From positions 57,433 through 121,432 of the forward strand of contig CAVRAO010000011.1 in assembly GCA_963719035.1 (NCBI GenBank): a DNA stretch of 64,000 nt, written 5' to 3'. The DNA comes from Methanobacteriota archaeon. GTDB lineage: Archaea > Halobacteriota > Bog-38 > Methanoflorentales > Methanoflorentaceae. Below the pieces are notes generated by a model. That model was not told the DNA's origin. It did no database searches and saw nothing but the letters and a program-made list of their open reading frames with translations. The position numbers and the translations under genes are program-made. Position 1 is the stretch's first letter. Every line of letters begins with the position of its first letter. Shown here piece by piece: positions 38,766 to 49,965 of this stretch.

Positions 38766-41554
38766 AAACTGTCCTCTTAACAGGCGCTAATGGCTTTATC
38801 GCTACTCACATTGCACGAACGCTTCTCTCAGAGGGGGAAGTGAATATTAGTGCTCTTGTTAGAGCCAACACTACACAAAATGCGCACGCCAGGTTGGCGA
38901 GAGCGTGGTGGGACTACCCGGAACTCGTCGAAGCGTTAGGTACACGAATTGAAGCCGTTCCCGGTGATGTGCGCCACTTGAACCTTGGCTTAAACACAAC
39001 AGATTATAGTCGTCTCACAGAAAAAACAACGCATATCGTCCATACCGTTGCTGACTGGCGCTTGCTGCCAATAGAAGAACTAAGAAAAACCAATGTCGAA
39101 GGAACAGCCAACGTAATCGCGCTTGCCAAAGACTCCAACAAACACCACCTCGAACGCTTATCCCACATCTCTACGGCGTACGTGGCAGGGGCAAGAACCG
39201 GAACCATTCCTGAAAACGAACTTACAGACAAGTTCGGCTTCTTTACCAATTATGAACGTAGTAAATATGAGGCTGAACAACTTGTACAAGCCTCAAAAGA
39301 CGAATTCCCAATTTCCGTTTTTCGCCCCTCAATGGTCGTAGGAGACTCGAAAACAGGCGCCATCAAGACATTTAACACGTACTACTTTCCTCTGCGATTG
39401 TACTTGACGGGCAAGATGCGACTTATGCCTGTCAGCCGCCAGTTGAAAATCAACCTCGTTCCCGTTGACTACGTGGCAAACGCGCTGACTAAATTAACGT
39501 TTGCACCTAATGCAGAAGGGTTAACGTTTCATATGGTAGCACCTCGTGAGTCGTTGCCAACGCTTGGAGAATTGCTGTCTTTCGCACAAGAATGGGCTAG
39601 AACTGAATTAGCGTGCAACCTGCCAAGCCCCTTATATGTACCCATGTCCAGTTCGTTAAGGAAGACTCTACTTAAACTCCAAAAGGTCACGGGAGATTCA
39701 CGCGTTGCCGATGCGCTTATTTCTCTGGAGCCCTACTTTAGCGAAAACCGCCGATTCAGCCGTGATAACGTAGACAGGCTTCTTGGAACCTACGATATGA
39801 ATTGGCGAGAAATCGTGCCTCACCTGCTGAGCTATGCAATGTACAACAGTTTCTTCCATCGATCGGACCGCACCGTCCATGAGCAAGCCCTCTTTAGATT
39901 GGACAGCAAAAGTCGCCCGATTACCTATTATGATATAATTGACGGCAACGCTACAAAAAAAACCGCCCCAGAAATGCGTACCGACATTGTGGCTGCAGCC
40001 AGTGCACTGCGCGCGTTCGGAGTTGCTCCCGGCGACAGGGTGGCGTTAACTGGATTAAACAGCACACGGTACCTCGCAGCGGAAATCGCTATCGGGCTCT
40101 CCGGCGCGGTAAGCGTGCCGCTTTACTACACCACCCCACCCTCAGACATCAATGGGGTTCTAAAAGCGAGCGGGGCTAAGCTCTTCTTCGTCGGCATGCC
40201 GAGCCTTTTGTCCCGAGTCGGAGAACTGACGTCAGAAGTACCTGTGATCTCCATCTGTCGAACCTCACCAGGGGCGGGCGTACAAACGAACGTTGTCTCA
40301 TGGGAAGAATTCCTATCCAAAGGCAACGACGATATAACGTCGATCAGGGCGCCTGTAGGCTTTGGCGACATTGCAACACTGCGGTATTCTTCAGGCACCA
40401 CGGGCACACCGAAAGGTGCCATGTTTCGACATGACAACCTTAGGTACATGGCTGAATCAATCGTGTCCGTCCTCCCTTGGCAAGCACGGAACCGCAGAAC
40501 CAGCTACTTATCATTCCTTCCAATGGGACATGTGGTTGAAGGAATCTTAGCCACATACTCACCATACTACATCCCTGCCCCAGTAGACATTTACTTCCTC
40601 GAAGATTACAAAAAACTCCAAGAGGTGCTTCCCCATGTCAGACCTACCGTATTCTTCGCTGTCCCGCGTATCTACGAAAAAGTGTGGGAAGCCCTAGTGC
40701 AAAACGCATTTGGGCGATTCTACGTTAAAACAAAGTCCCCACTGCTTAAGCGCGCAATGCGAACACCGTTGAAAAACATGACGCTGAAGCGAGCAGGACT
40801 AAACAGATGTGCACAACTTATGGTCGGCTCCGCGAGGTCAAGCGAGGAGCTCTTTGAAAACTATCGCGCACTGGGCGTTGAAATTCACAACGCCTATGGG
40901 ATGACTGAAGCGCCTCTTGCGACGATAAATCGCTTGGGCAGAAACAGGCTGGGTACCGTAGGCGAACCGATGCCAATGACAGAGATCAAGATTGCTGAAG
41001 ATGGTGAAATCATGGTCCAGGGTCCACAGGTCACAGCTGGCTACTTTGATGCGTCGCTTGAGCCGCCCCTTAAAGACGGCTGGCTTATGACAGGGGACAC
41101 CGGAAAATTAACAGACGAAGGGAGCTTGGTTATATTTGGGCGCAAAAAAGAAATAATCAAAACCTCATACGGCAAGCAAATTTACTCGGGAAAAATAGAG
41201 AGTATGTGCAGGGAAATACCAGGCGTTTCTGAAGCCATGCTTGTCGGCGAATCCAAACCATACTGCTCGGCGCTTCTGTGGGTGGACAAAGAACAGTGGA
41301 ATGAAAAAATGCTGACTGCAATCGACCACGCCATCGAGAGAATGAATACGCGTCTTTCTGACCCCGAAAAAATAAAGAAATGGGCGCTCCTTATCAATAA
41401 CTTGAGCGAAGAAAATGGGGATTTAACGCCAAATCTAAAACTAAAACACAACGTTGTCTCACAGAAGCACGCGAAAATAGTTGATGCGCTCTACAGCGGA
41501 CTTATCCCTGAAGGCGACGTGCACATGGGCGGAGTTGCAAAGCCAGGTGAATAA
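38753..41554 (+). CDS. Fusion of N-terminal SDR/fatty acyl reductase and C-terminal AMP-dependent acyl-CoA ligase
   Basis: LTGANGFIA, HISTAYV, YERSKYEAE, FRPSMVVG; YSSGTTGTPKG, AYGMTE, TGDTG, GRKKE, LTPNLKLK. Confidence 0.88.
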   Translation: MVKLKTVLLTGANGFIATHIARTLLSEGEVNISALVRANTTQNAHARLARAWWDYPELVEALGTRIEAVPGDVRHLNLGLNTTDYSRLTEKTTHIVHTVADWRLLPIEELRKTNVEGTANVIALAKDSNKHHLERLSHISTAYVAGARTGTIPENELTDKFGFFTNYERSKYEAEQLVQASKDEFPISVFRPSMVVGDSKTGAIKTFNTYYFPLRLYLTGKMRLMPVSRQLKINLVPVDYVANALTKLTFAPNAEGLTFHMVAPRESLPTLGELLSFAQEWARTELACNLPSPLYVPMSSSLRKTLLKLQKVTGDSRVADALISLEPYFSENRRFSRDNVDRLLGTYDMNWREIVPHLLSYAMYNSFFHRSDRTVHEQALFRLDSKSRPITYYDIIDGNATKKTAPEMRTDIVAAASALRAFGVAPGDRVALTGLNSTRYLAAEIAIGLSGAVSVPLYYTTPPSDINGVLKASGAKLFFVGMPSLLSRVGELTSEVPVISICRTSPGAGVQTNVVSWEEFLSKGNDDITSIRAPVGFGDIATLRYSSGTTGTPKGAMFRHDNLRYMAESIVSVLPWQARNRRTSYLSFLPMGHVVEGILATYSPYYIPAPVDIYFLEDYKKLQEVLPHVRPTVFFAVPRIYEKVWEALVQNAFGRFYVKTKSPLLKRAMRTPLKNMTLKRAGLNRCAQLMVGSARSSEELFENYRALGVEIHNAYGMTEAPLATINRLGRNRLGTVGEPMPMTEIKIAEDGEIMVQGPQVTAGYFDASLEPPLKDGWLMTGDTGKLTDEGSLVIFGRKKEIIKTSYGKQIYSGKIESMCREIPGVSEAMLVGESKPYCSALLWVDKEQWNEKMLTAIDHAIERMNTRLSDPEKIKKWALLINNLSEENGDLTPNLKLKHNVVSQKHAKIVDALYSGLIPEGDVHMGGVAKPGE

Positions 41555-41556
41555 GT

Positions 41557-42177
41557 GTGGGTCTTAGACTCCTTATCTTAAGCCGGTGGACTCCAGAATT
41601 TGTTGTCAGCAAGGAACTCTCCAACGTAGCTAATCAAACAACATCGGCACTTGAATCAGTAGTTGCTACATACGCGCCCCAAGAAACCGATAACATGGCA
41701 CGAGAAAAACCAGTGCCGCAGACGAGCGTTGAAGGACAAAGGGCAACCATGGCTCAGACCCATGCACAATTAGTTGACGCACTCGAAGCAGCCGTAGGAC
41801 ATGAACAAGCGGTGAAGCTCTGCAGGGAAGCCCTGTTTACAGTAGGGCAAAACTTAGGGAGAAAAACTCGCAGCAAGCTAGGGGTGGGCAACAGCCAAAA
41901 GGACTTGATTAGGGCAGCAAAAATTCTCTACAGAATCTTAGGCATTGGATTCGAAGTAGAATGGATTGATGATACAAACGTAAAACTGACAATTGACCGA
42001 TGCGCTCTCGTCGAACAGTATTCTAAGCTAACCTGTGAAGTGTTAAGTGCAACAGATGAAGGAGCAATAACAGGACTACAGCCAAATGCCTCTATGAGGT
42101 TCACCCAATATATGACAGGTGGCTGTGGAAAATGCACGGCGGACATACAATTTAAAGAAAGAAAGGCCGCACAATGA
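41557..42177 (+). CDS. V4R/ATC-hydrolase-like protein
   Basis: IDRCAL...TCEVLSATDEG...MTGGCGKC. Confidence 0.6.
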   Translation: MGLRLLILSRWTPEFVVSKELSNVANQTTSALESVVATYAPQETDNMAREKPVPQTSVEGQRATMAQTHAQLVDALEAAVGHEQAVKLCREALFTVGQNLGRKTRSKLGVGNSQKDLIRAAKILYRILGIGFEVEWIDDTNVKLTIDRCALVEQYSKLTCEVLSATDEGAITGLQPNASMRFTQYMTGGCGKCTADIQFKERKAAQ

Positions 42178-43472
42178 AAGCGATTGTCGTTGGATCTGGA
42201 GCCGGAGGGTCAATAGCAGCCCACGAATTGGCGCGCCATGGATTTGAAGTAACGCTTCTAGAGGCGGGCAAGCCATTTAGCCCGTTAACACGCAAAGTTT
42301 CATGGCTGCGTTCCTTGAGAGGTTCATGGTTGCTCAAAGATGAGACCTCGATTAAGCGCGTATTCCCTCATTACGAAGTCGCCCGTTCAAGCCGCAACCT
42401 GGTTATCTTCAGGGGGGTAGCCGAAGGTGGTTGTACTTCAATTTCATGTGGTAACATGGTGAGAGCAGAAAACGGCCTCAAGGAAATTGGGCTCGACCTC
42501 TCATCTGAATTTAACGCAATTGAAAAAAAACTAGCGATTTCGCCTATACCCCGAGAAAGATGGCGTCCACTTACGCAACAGATGTACGATACATCAGAAC
42601 AACTCGGGCATATCCCAAAACCTACACCGAAGGTAACTAACTTAGACAAATGCACGGGATGCGGCTATTGCGAACTGGGCTGTGCAACAGGAGCAAAATG
42701 GGATAGCAGACAGGTTTACAAAGAAGATTTAGGCAAAGGCGTTTCGTTATTGACGGGTTGTGAAGTACAAAAGGTCTTATTGAATGGAAACCGAGCGCGC
42801 GGCGTTATGGTTTCTAGCGGCTCATCGGTTGAAACAATGAGCGCTGACGTGGTAGTCTTAAGTGCAGGCGGCATCGGTACAGCGCACATTTTGCGAGCTT
42901 CCAATTTACCAGTAAAAGATAACTTGTGGGTCGACGTGGTTCTTACTGTTGGCGGGGTGTCAAAGGGAGCACGAATGCTCAATGAGCCGCCTATGGCGTG
43001 GTTTATAAAAAAGAACGACTACATACTCTCACCGTATTTTGATATCCTCTCATACTGGCTCCATAAACCGTGGAAAAATGTTGCCCTCGGTGACAGAGTA
43101 GGCATGATGATTAAACTCGCCGATACCGAACAAGGGGCAGTTAAGTTAGACGGTACTGTCACCAAATCACTGACTCCAGCGGATTATGAATGTCTTGAGA
43201 CTGCAAAGGTTGAAGCAAAAGAGATAATGGAGGCTTCAGGCGTAACTGGTCCTTTTGTGGATGGCATGATCCATGGAGGTCACCTTGGAGGTACGGTGCC
43301 CTTGACACACGATGATGTAGAAACAATGCATCCTGCATCGTTGCCCCAAGATCTCTGGGTTGCTGACCTTTCACTCATGCCACGTTCTCAAGGTTTACCG
43401 ACGATGTTGACCGCTGCAGCATTATCTCTTAGGGTTGCACGCAAAATTGCCGAAGAAAAGGCAAAAAGATGA
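42174..43472 (+). CDS. GMC-family FAD oxidoreductase with ferredoxin-like Cys motif
   Basis: VVGSGAGGS, CTGCGYCELGC, SAGGIGTAHIL, HLGGT, VADLSLMP. Confidence 0.85.
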   Translation: MKAIVVGSGAGGSIAAHELARHGFEVTLLEAGKPFSPLTRKVSWLRSLRGSWLLKDETSIKRVFPHYEVARSSRNLVIFRGVAEGGCTSISCGNMVRAENGLKEIGLDLSSEFNAIEKKLAISPIPRERWRPLTQQMYDTSEQLGHIPKPTPKVTNLDKCTGCGYCELGCATGAKWDSRQVYKEDLGKGVSLLTGCEVQKVLLNGNRARGVMVSSGSSVETMSADVVVLSAGGIGTAHILRASNLPVKDNLWVDVVLTVGGVSKGARMLNEPPMAWFIKKNDYILSPYFDILSYWLHKPWKNVALGDRVGMMIKLADTEQGAVKLDGTVTKSLTPADYECLETAKVEAKEIMEASGVTGPFVDGMIHGGHLGGTVPLTHDDVETMHPASLPQDLWVADLSLMPRSQGLPTMLTAAALSLRVARKIAEEKAKR

Positions 43473-43611
43473 AGCCTTTAAAGTGCAGAACAAGGGCGAT
43501 AGATCCGAGTATCTCACAAAGAGGCGAGAGGCTGTTTTAAAGCAGACTACAAGTTGCGCTATATATGCTATGTGTGACCTTCGTTTGATATGCTGATACA
43601 TCGAATAGCGT

Positions 43612-44187
43612 TCATAGTGAGGTCTTATTATTTCCATTAACAACGTTGCGTCCGACATATTCGTTTAAACCGTCTGCAACGCCCATATATCTTGGATTTA
43701 GCCCGTAACTGTCGACCATACAACAGAAGTATTTGATGAAACCATGTTCGACTAAGGGCTCAGCTCTCTCGTGAAATTCGCGGCGTTGTTCTGTTCTATC
43801 ATCAGCCGTTAATAACGGAGCAACGGCTTCACGTAACACCTCAGAATGAACTGCAAGTGGTGCTTCCGGGATTACCGTTCGCAGTATTGCCTTTTCAAAC
43901 TCACTCATTGCTGTGAGCTTTTTGATATCTGAATCTGCAAGTTCGGTCATCATAGCAGAACCAGTGATGGCCGCTACGGTGGCCTCGTCATTCTTCTTTC
44001 CATTAAAGACGCGAGACCAAAACCCACGTTTCTGTTCTTTCTCAGCTTTGAGAGCAGCCACGTCTGCAGTTAGTTGTTCTATTAACTCCTGTTGCTGCTC
44101 AAATAAGGATTTTATATGGTTGGCAAACTCGGCATCGTGCTTATCGAGTAAAGCGTTAAGGGCCGTGGTAGGGTCATTATTGGTCAT
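43612..44187 (-). CDS. Hypothetical protein (coiled-coil N-terminus)
   Basis: 191-aa ORF, LFEQQQELIEQL...KRGFWSRVF. Confidence 0.55.
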   Translation of the reverse strand: MTNNDPTTALNALLDKHDAEFANHIKSLFEQQQELIEQLTADVAALKAEKEQKRGFWSRVFNGKKNDEATVAAITGSAMMTELADSDIKKLTAMSEFEKAILRTVIPEAPLAVHSEVLREAVAPLLTADDRTEQRREFHERAEPLVEHGFIKYFCCMVDSYGLNPRYMGVADGLNEYVGRNVVNGNNKTSL

Positions 44188-44348
44188 TCTTATAAGGTCC
44201 GCACTTTATAAGTTGTGAACTAGAATACCTTAAAATCTTCGCCTGATATAAGCGGACGGATTGTGGTAGTAGTAACCAGTTTTTGGCGCTCGATGCGCTC
44301 GTTTCGTAATTCCTTAATGCCGAATTACAGACAGCAAAAAGAGCACAA

Positions 44349-44999
44349 TTATGATTTTAATAACCTGACGTACTCAACGGGGGCGCTAGAAGGGTTAGCG
44401 GGGTCTTTTATCACGTCCAGACTTACCAACGTGAAGCTTGTTTCATCCAGAAGTTCGCTGACCGATCGAAAGCTAACAGGCGGAAGCTTCCCACGCCACG
44501 CGACGATGTTGCGGCATAAAAACTGGAACATGCGAAATCCCCCAAGAAGCGGTAAATTTGGGTTTGCAATTATAACGCGCCCTAAGGGCTTTAAAATCCG
44601 CTGACTTTCTTTCAGCACTTGCACTTTATTATCCACGCATGGTATGACGAACCCTGAAAAAATAGTGTCGAACGATTCATCGGCGAAACTCGTGTTTTGC
44701 CAGTTTTCATTCTTGAACTCAACGTTATCGAAACCCGTTAACTCGATTTGTGCGACGTGTAGCATATCATCTGAGAAGTCGGTTGCAACCACATGTTCCG
44801 CTTGACCGGCGAGTGTTTTCGTGAAGTAGCCTGTGCCACACCCAAATTCTACGACCGTCCCCAAGCGACCTTCAAGCCTTAACTTTTCATTAATTAAGGG
44901 GCGGATATTACGACCAAGTGCGCTATCGCATGATTTATCGTAGCTTTGTGACGATTCAGACCAATAATCCACTTTGTTCTTCGCCATTTTGTCCCTCAA
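44349..44999 (-). CDS. Class I SAM-dependent methyltransferase
   Basis: VEFGCGTG, ATDFSDDML, SFDTI, RILKPLG. Confidence 0.9.
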   Translation of the reverse strand: MRDKMAKNKVDYWSESSQSYDKSCDSALGRNIRPLINEKLRLEGRLGTVVEFGCGTGYFTKTLAGQAEHVVATDFSDDMLHVAQIELTGFDNVEFKNENWQNTSFADESFDTIFSGFVIPCVDNKVQVLKESQRILKPLGRVIIANPNLPLLGGFRMFQFLCRNIVAWRGKLPPVSFRSVSELLDETSFTLVSLDVIKDPANPSSAPVEYVRLLKS

Positions 45000-45440
45000 C
45001 GGTTATTGATTCATTACTCATCGTTCGCCCGCTAATAAACACTTCCTATTCGCCACTGCTGTCAGTCGGCTTCGATAAAGAACGAAAGGAGAATCACGGC
45101 GTGTGTATCGCATCACCGCTAGGGCTTAACTTGCGAGTCGAGAACCGCTCAACTAAAAGAAAAGGTGTTTCTTTTGGTTTTTGATGTTCGACTGAAAGTG
45201 CCAGAGACTCAATGACTATGAGAAAATGTGGCCTCTAACCACTTTCCGATTTGGTCGCGCACGTATCTGAAATGCGCACATTCCCCAGCGCCCGATCCAG
45301 CACTTACAGCCGGATCGTCAAAGGCACGCTGAAGGTAAATCTCTACTTTCGGCAATGCCAACAAAAAGGGACGATCTAATCGTTCTTTGCTGACTCGATA
45401 GGTAGCGTTTGAGACACGTAGTGGCTTGCACCGGTGATGC

Positions 45441-46040
45441 TTACATAATGTTAAGTGCGCCCATCCACGTTCTTTCGATCTCGTCGCGGTCAATTCCAAG
45501 GATCTTGCCGATCATCAAACCGTTGAACAAGGCGCTTATCGAAAGTGTGAGCAATCCGGTATCAACGTCATCCCGTATGAGCCCCTTTCTTTTCTGCTCT
45601 TCCAAAAACTCGCCAAAAATCCGAAGACGTTTCTCGTAGTCCTCGAGGAGTATAGCTCGTAGGGCCTCGTTTCGGGCACCTTCCGATATGACCTCAAACG
45701 TAAGGCCCATGCTGTACACGTCTTGTGGGTCCATCGCGGTATCAAAGAACGCCTGTGAGCACTGGAGCAGGTCGCCGTCCTTGAGGGAGTCTCGCAGCAT
45801 CTGGCGCAGGGCGCTCTGTCTCGATTCCGTTAGTTTTGCAAAAAGCTCTTCCTTGCTCGCAAAGTAAAGGTAGAGCGCGCCCTTACTCACACCGATCTTT
45901 TGGGCGATATCAGCCATCGTCTTTTGATCGTACCCTTTTTCAGAAAAAACGTCGCTTGTGCGGCACCGAAAATGCGGCTTCGCGCCTTTGTCTATCTTAC
46001 GGATTGATGCACGATTGACGCATGTAGCTAAATAAAACAT
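45441..46040 (-). CDS. TetR/AcrR-family regulator (N-terminus appears damaged)
   Basis: FSEKGYDQKTMADIAQKIGVSKGALYLYFASKEELF. Confidence 0.85.
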   Translation of the reverse strand: MFYLATCVNRASIRKIDKGAKPHFRCRTSDVFSEKGYDQKTMADIAQKIGVSKGALYLYFASKEELFAKLTESRQSALRQMLRDSLKDGDLLQCSQAFFDTAMDPQDVYSMGLTFEVISEGARNEALRAILLEDYEKRLRIFGEFLEEQKRKGLIRDDVDTGLLTLSISALFNGLMIGKILGIDRDEIERTWMGALNIM

Positions 46041-46069
46041 TATAATGTAACTAAAGAAAAGGAGGAATT

Positions 46070-46450
46070 ATGGACGAAAAAATGAGAAAGTTCATCCCAC
46101 TTTTTGTCTTAGTGGGAGTGGCGTTAGTAGCTGCTGCAATCTACATAATAGTGTACCACGTTGGGATGCCGACCAGAGATCTATCGGGGGCGCCAGCGAA
46201 CTTTTGGTGGGGTCTATGGCAAGGTCTTATTATCGTCCTGTCATTCATAGCCAGTTGGTTCGACAACAATATTGTGCTATACCAAGTCAATAATAATGGA
46301 TTTTGGTATAATCTAGGATACCTTATTGCCATTTTTATTTCTATTGGGGTCTTCGCAGGTGGTAGTAGAGAAACAGGAAAGGAAATTAAGAAAGAAGCAG
46401 GCAAGGAAATCAAAAAAGAAGTAGAAAAGGAAATCACGAAAGAGTTATAA
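46070..46450 (+). CDS. Membrane protein with C-terminal (G/E)KEI(K/T)KE repeats
   Basis: NFWWGLWQG...NNGFWYNLGY; tail GKEIKKEA-GKEIKKEV-EKEITKEL. Confidence 0.65.
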   Translation: MDEKMRKFIPLFVLVGVALVAAAIYIIVYHVGMPTRDLSGAPANFWWGLWQGLIIVLSFIASWFDNNIVLYQVNNNGFWYNLGYLIAIFISIGVFAGGSRETGKEIKKEAGKEIKKEVEKEITKEL

Positions 46451-46668
46451 GCCAAGTACTGGGAAAGCGTGAGCAATAATCCTTCGTCAATAAATAGGGG
46501 GCGTTCTCGCTCCTTTTCTTCTTTTTAAGGTCAATAAAAACCCTTTTCTACCTGGTTATTCATGCCGAGTTTACCCTTCGAGAGTCTCTTATTTTGGCAA
46601 ATCAACGAATAGGAATCGTGGCCCACAACGCTCGCAAAAAAAAGAAAAAAGAAGGGAAAAATAGCCCT

Positions 46669-47166
46669 TCACGCGGTCACTACTACGGTGTGCGCTGCGC
46701 GGTCTCCAATCCGCTGTCTCTTATCTGACGTCCATATAAGAATTGCACCGAGCAAGAACGGAATAATGAACGGTATTGCGTCGATGATCAGCAGTAAGGA
46801 ACGCACGAGTGCATCGACATAGCCAATCTTTGAACCATCCTCTTTGACCACTTTAATCTTAAGGGCCATCATGCCTACCGTCTGTCCATACGCTCCCAAG
46901 AGGAGCGTGAAATAGATGAGCACGATGAGTGATGATATGACGCTGCCAAGTCCTGCGAGCGAATTCGCTGTGGTGGATACGTAAAAGCTTCCATTAGTAA
47001 AATTCGCGCTATTAAAGACGGGCGTTTGCAACGGATTGGCGAAAACTGACGCAATAATGCCCGCAATAATGACATCGATAAGAAGAGCTACGAATCTGAC
47101 ACCGACGCTACGGTACTGCAGCGGGGCTGGAGTCATTTCAGGGGTTGGAGCCATTTCATTTGCCAT
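46669..47166 (-). CDS. RDD-family membrane protein
   Basis: RFVALLID, GQTVGM, RQRIGDRAAHTVVV. Confidence 0.88.
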   Translation of the reverse strand: MANEMAPTPEMTPAPLQYRSVGVRFVALLIDVIIAGIIASVFANPLQTPVFNSANFTNGSFYVSTTANSLAGLGSVISSLIVLIYFTLLLGAYGQTVGMMALKIKVVKEDGSKIGYVDALVRSLLLIIDAIPFIIPFLLGAILIWTSDKRQRIGDRAAHTVVVTA

Positions 47167-47638
47167 TCGTTCACCTCTTTGTGGCTTTGTTGCCTAATTG
47201 CGTGTTTGGTAGGTAAAAGCTTATTGATCGTATTCAACATAAAAAACACTTTTCTAAAAGACTTTTTAGACCATTTAAACCGTGCTCTGACGATGGCGAC
47301 TGGCTTTAGACGGCCCCGGCTATAGAGATATGACAAGCAAGATTATAGATATGGGGGCGTCGCCGAGCCATATAGTGACCTATTCAATGGTATCAGTCAA
47401 ATCGAGCGTACATTATGACGCACGGCGTCAGCGGAATTGATTGGAAGCATTACAAGCATCCGCTGCCTGAAGACGTCTACTACACCTACATGCTATATAG
47501 GCGCGACATAAATCTGTTTCAAATCGGCTGAAATGGAACTAGACGTCCCAAACCGAGCCGTCGATGAACCTCTTAATCTCGCTTGCCGGCAGGCTGAAGC
47601 AAACGGAGCCGCAGAGGATTTCCAGGAAAAGAGATCCT

Positions 47639-47965
47639 TCAGATATCATATCCTGTGGCCGAATTGTACTGCTCTCTTATCCTCTCCGCAATATCGCCGG
47701 GCACTCTCTCCTCCAGCAGGTCGAGAAACATCTCAGCAGCCTCTGGGGAGATGCACAGCAAGCACTCCGAGCCGTCCAGGATGAGGTCGGCCAGATACTT
47801 GAGATCCTCTGTTGAGAGCCTCTTCAGCCGGTCCTGTAAATCGTAATCGTCGGCCGCAAAATGCATGGAGACCGGTGGCAGGATTGAGCGGTAATGGGTG
47901 GGTATACTCGCCTCCGGGGCAAGCTTCCTTAAGATCTCGTTATCCTTCTCATTGAGCTTTCTCAT
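47639..47965 (-). CDS. Hypothetical protein
   Basis: GGAGG RBS; YRSILPPVSMHFA...GSECLLCI. Confidence 0.6.
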   Translation of the reverse strand: MRKLNEKDNEILRKLAPEASIPTHYRSILPPVSMHFAADDYDLQDRLKRLSTEDLKYLADLILDGSECLLCISPEAAEMFLDLLEERVPGDIAERIREQYNSATGYDI

Positions 47966-48112
47966 GTTCGTCCTCCAGAAAGGGAGTTACCATTCTCGTA
48001 ATAATATCTTGCGACGCCCTATGGACCGATCGCAGTTCCTTTGCCGCCAACATTCATGTTAGGGCCGCCAACCATTCACATTATTTAGCACTCAAGCAAA
48101 GGCAAGGCTTAT

Positions 48113-48457
48113 GTGCGCTTGGGTTTCTTATCCACTGCGATGATAACGGTTGACATACTCTACCACCAAGATTGTACCCATTATCCGACCGCGATTCGAT
48201 ACATCAAAGAGGTCCTTGCCGAGGAAGGGATTGAAGCTACCATAAATGAGATCAACGTCGCTACGGTAGAAGCGGCGCACGAGCTCAACTTTTTCGGATC
48301 ACCGACGATCAGGATCAACGGTGAAGATATCGAATCAGAAGTGGAGCAGCAGCGAGGGCACACCCACGGGAGTTGCCGTATTTATCACTACGAGGGGAAA
48401 ATCTACGTCACACCTCATAAGGAAGTCATTAGGACGGCGCTCAAAAAACATCAGTAA
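48113..48457 (+). CDS. Thioredoxin-like protein
   Basis: ILYHQDCTHY, FFGSPTIRINGEDI, SCRIY. Confidence 0.7.
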   Translation: MRLGFLSTAMITVDILYHQDCTHYPTAIRYIKEVLAEEGIEATINEINVATVEAAHELNFFGSPTIRINGEDIESEVEQQRGHTHGSCRIYHYEGKIYVTPHKEVIRTALKKHQ

Positions 48458-48558
48458 ATCTGTCTCGTTAGCGCGCAAACCCGCAACTTCATCACAATCT
48501 TTACTCGGACTAGAAGAATCCGTGCGAGTCCATTTATAGCGCTCGCATCGGCCTCCTA

Positions 48559-48957
48559 TTACTCCTTCAGTTTCTGAAAAACGCTGAGGATCTCTATGGG
48601 GATGGGAAGCACGACGACCGAATTGTTTTCTTCGCCGATTCTAACCATTGCCTGATAGAGCCGCAGCTGCAAAGCCGTTGGCGACTGTTCGATCGTTTTA
48701 GCCGCTTCCAGCAGTTTATCCGCAGCTAGTGCCTCGCCTTCTGCAAGCGTAATACGGGCGCGCCTATCTCGCTCTGCTTCTGCTTGCGCGGCCATAGATC
48801 GCTTCATCTCTTCTTTAAGCTCAACGTCCTTAAGTTCGACTGAAATAACGTGAATCCCCCAAGGCATTGTGAATTCATCAACAAACTTGCGGATTTTCTC
48901 GCCGAGCTCATCACGTCGGGCGAGGACCGTATCGAGTTCGGCGATCCCAACGACGTC
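48559..48957 (-). pseudogene. SPFH/stomatin C-terminal fragment
   Basis: PWGIHVISVELKDV...MAAQAEAERDRRA...ALQLR; 5' part replaced by the neighbouring gene. Confidence 0.8.
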
Positions 48958-48959
48958 TC

Positions 48960-49610
48960 TTAGCCTCTCCGTCGCATCAGGAGCGCCGTTGCGATAATGG
49001 CTAGGATGACGATAATGATAACTGCGAGCACGATAAGCAGCACGCCAGACCCGCGCCCCGTGGCGGCTTCGGCCTGTGCGACGATGTCCGCTATTCCCGC
49101 TACGGAAGTACTTGGCGTCGCAGTAGACACAGCGTCCCCGGCTGCTCCTGTTGGCTGGCCGCCTCCATTACCAGCTACCTGAGTTGGAGTGGCTGCTGCA
49201 GTGGGGGTCGCTTCAGCGGTAACGGTTACTTGTAAAGTGTTCGAAGTAACGCCTGCTCCTGTAACAGATATTTGATAAGTGCCCGTCTGTGAAGGAGTAA
49301 ACGAACGGGAAGCCACTCCTTGCGAATTAGTCGTGACAATCATCGCCACACTAGTTCCATCAGGATTGACGAATCTAAATGTTGCCGAAACACCCGGTAT
49401 TGGCGCGCAAGTATTTAGGGAGGGACAATCCGATACGAGTGCGCTATATGTCAAAGTCTCACCTGGATGACCAGTTGTCGGACCCGAAAGCACGACCGTG
49501 CTCACCGCTGACACAGGAACCGCCGTTAACGCGACGATACCTAACAAAGTAACAGTCAACATTGAGACCGTTGCGAGCGCAGAAAATGTGCGTTTTTCAA
49601 GAGTATTCAT
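48960..49610 (-). CDS. Secreted Ig-like protein with C-terminal TM anchor
   Basis: Signal peptide, TTNSQGVA..GTYQISVT, Ala/Thr linker, TM plus RRRG; truncated inverted paralog at 58579-58836. Confidence 0.72.
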   Translation of the reverse strand: MNTLEKRTFSALATVSMLTVTLLGIVALTAVPVSAVSTVVLSGPTTGHPGETLTYSALVSDCPSLNTCAPIPGVSATFRFVNPDGTSVAMIVTTNSQGVASRSFTPSQTGTYQISVTGAGVTSNTLQVTVTAEATPTAAATPTQVAGNGGGQPTGAAGDAVSTATPSTSVAGIADIVAQAEAATGRGSGVLLIVLAVIIIVILAIIATALLMRRRG

Positions 49611-49965
49611 AATTTCTACCTCCGTTAGCTACCGCTACCAGATTTTGAGCTGAATAGGAATGCACGCTCTCAGCATAAAACTATCTTAGTAAAATCAGCA
49701 GCTATAATCCGGGCGTACATAATGACGCACGGCGTGAGTAGAATGGATTAGAAGCACTACAAGCATCCGTTGCCTGAGCACGTGCATGATGTTTATATGC
49801 AGTATTGGAGAGATGAATGCGTTCAAAATTCGCAACGTGCGCGGCATTGGCAGTGCGTACCTTTTTTCCATTTTTTTCTACGTCAATTCAATTTCAAGTC
49901 GTTATGCGTACGATGGGGTCTTCATTGTAGCTCTTGTAAAAAAAGGAAAAGCAGAGGGTTCGCCC

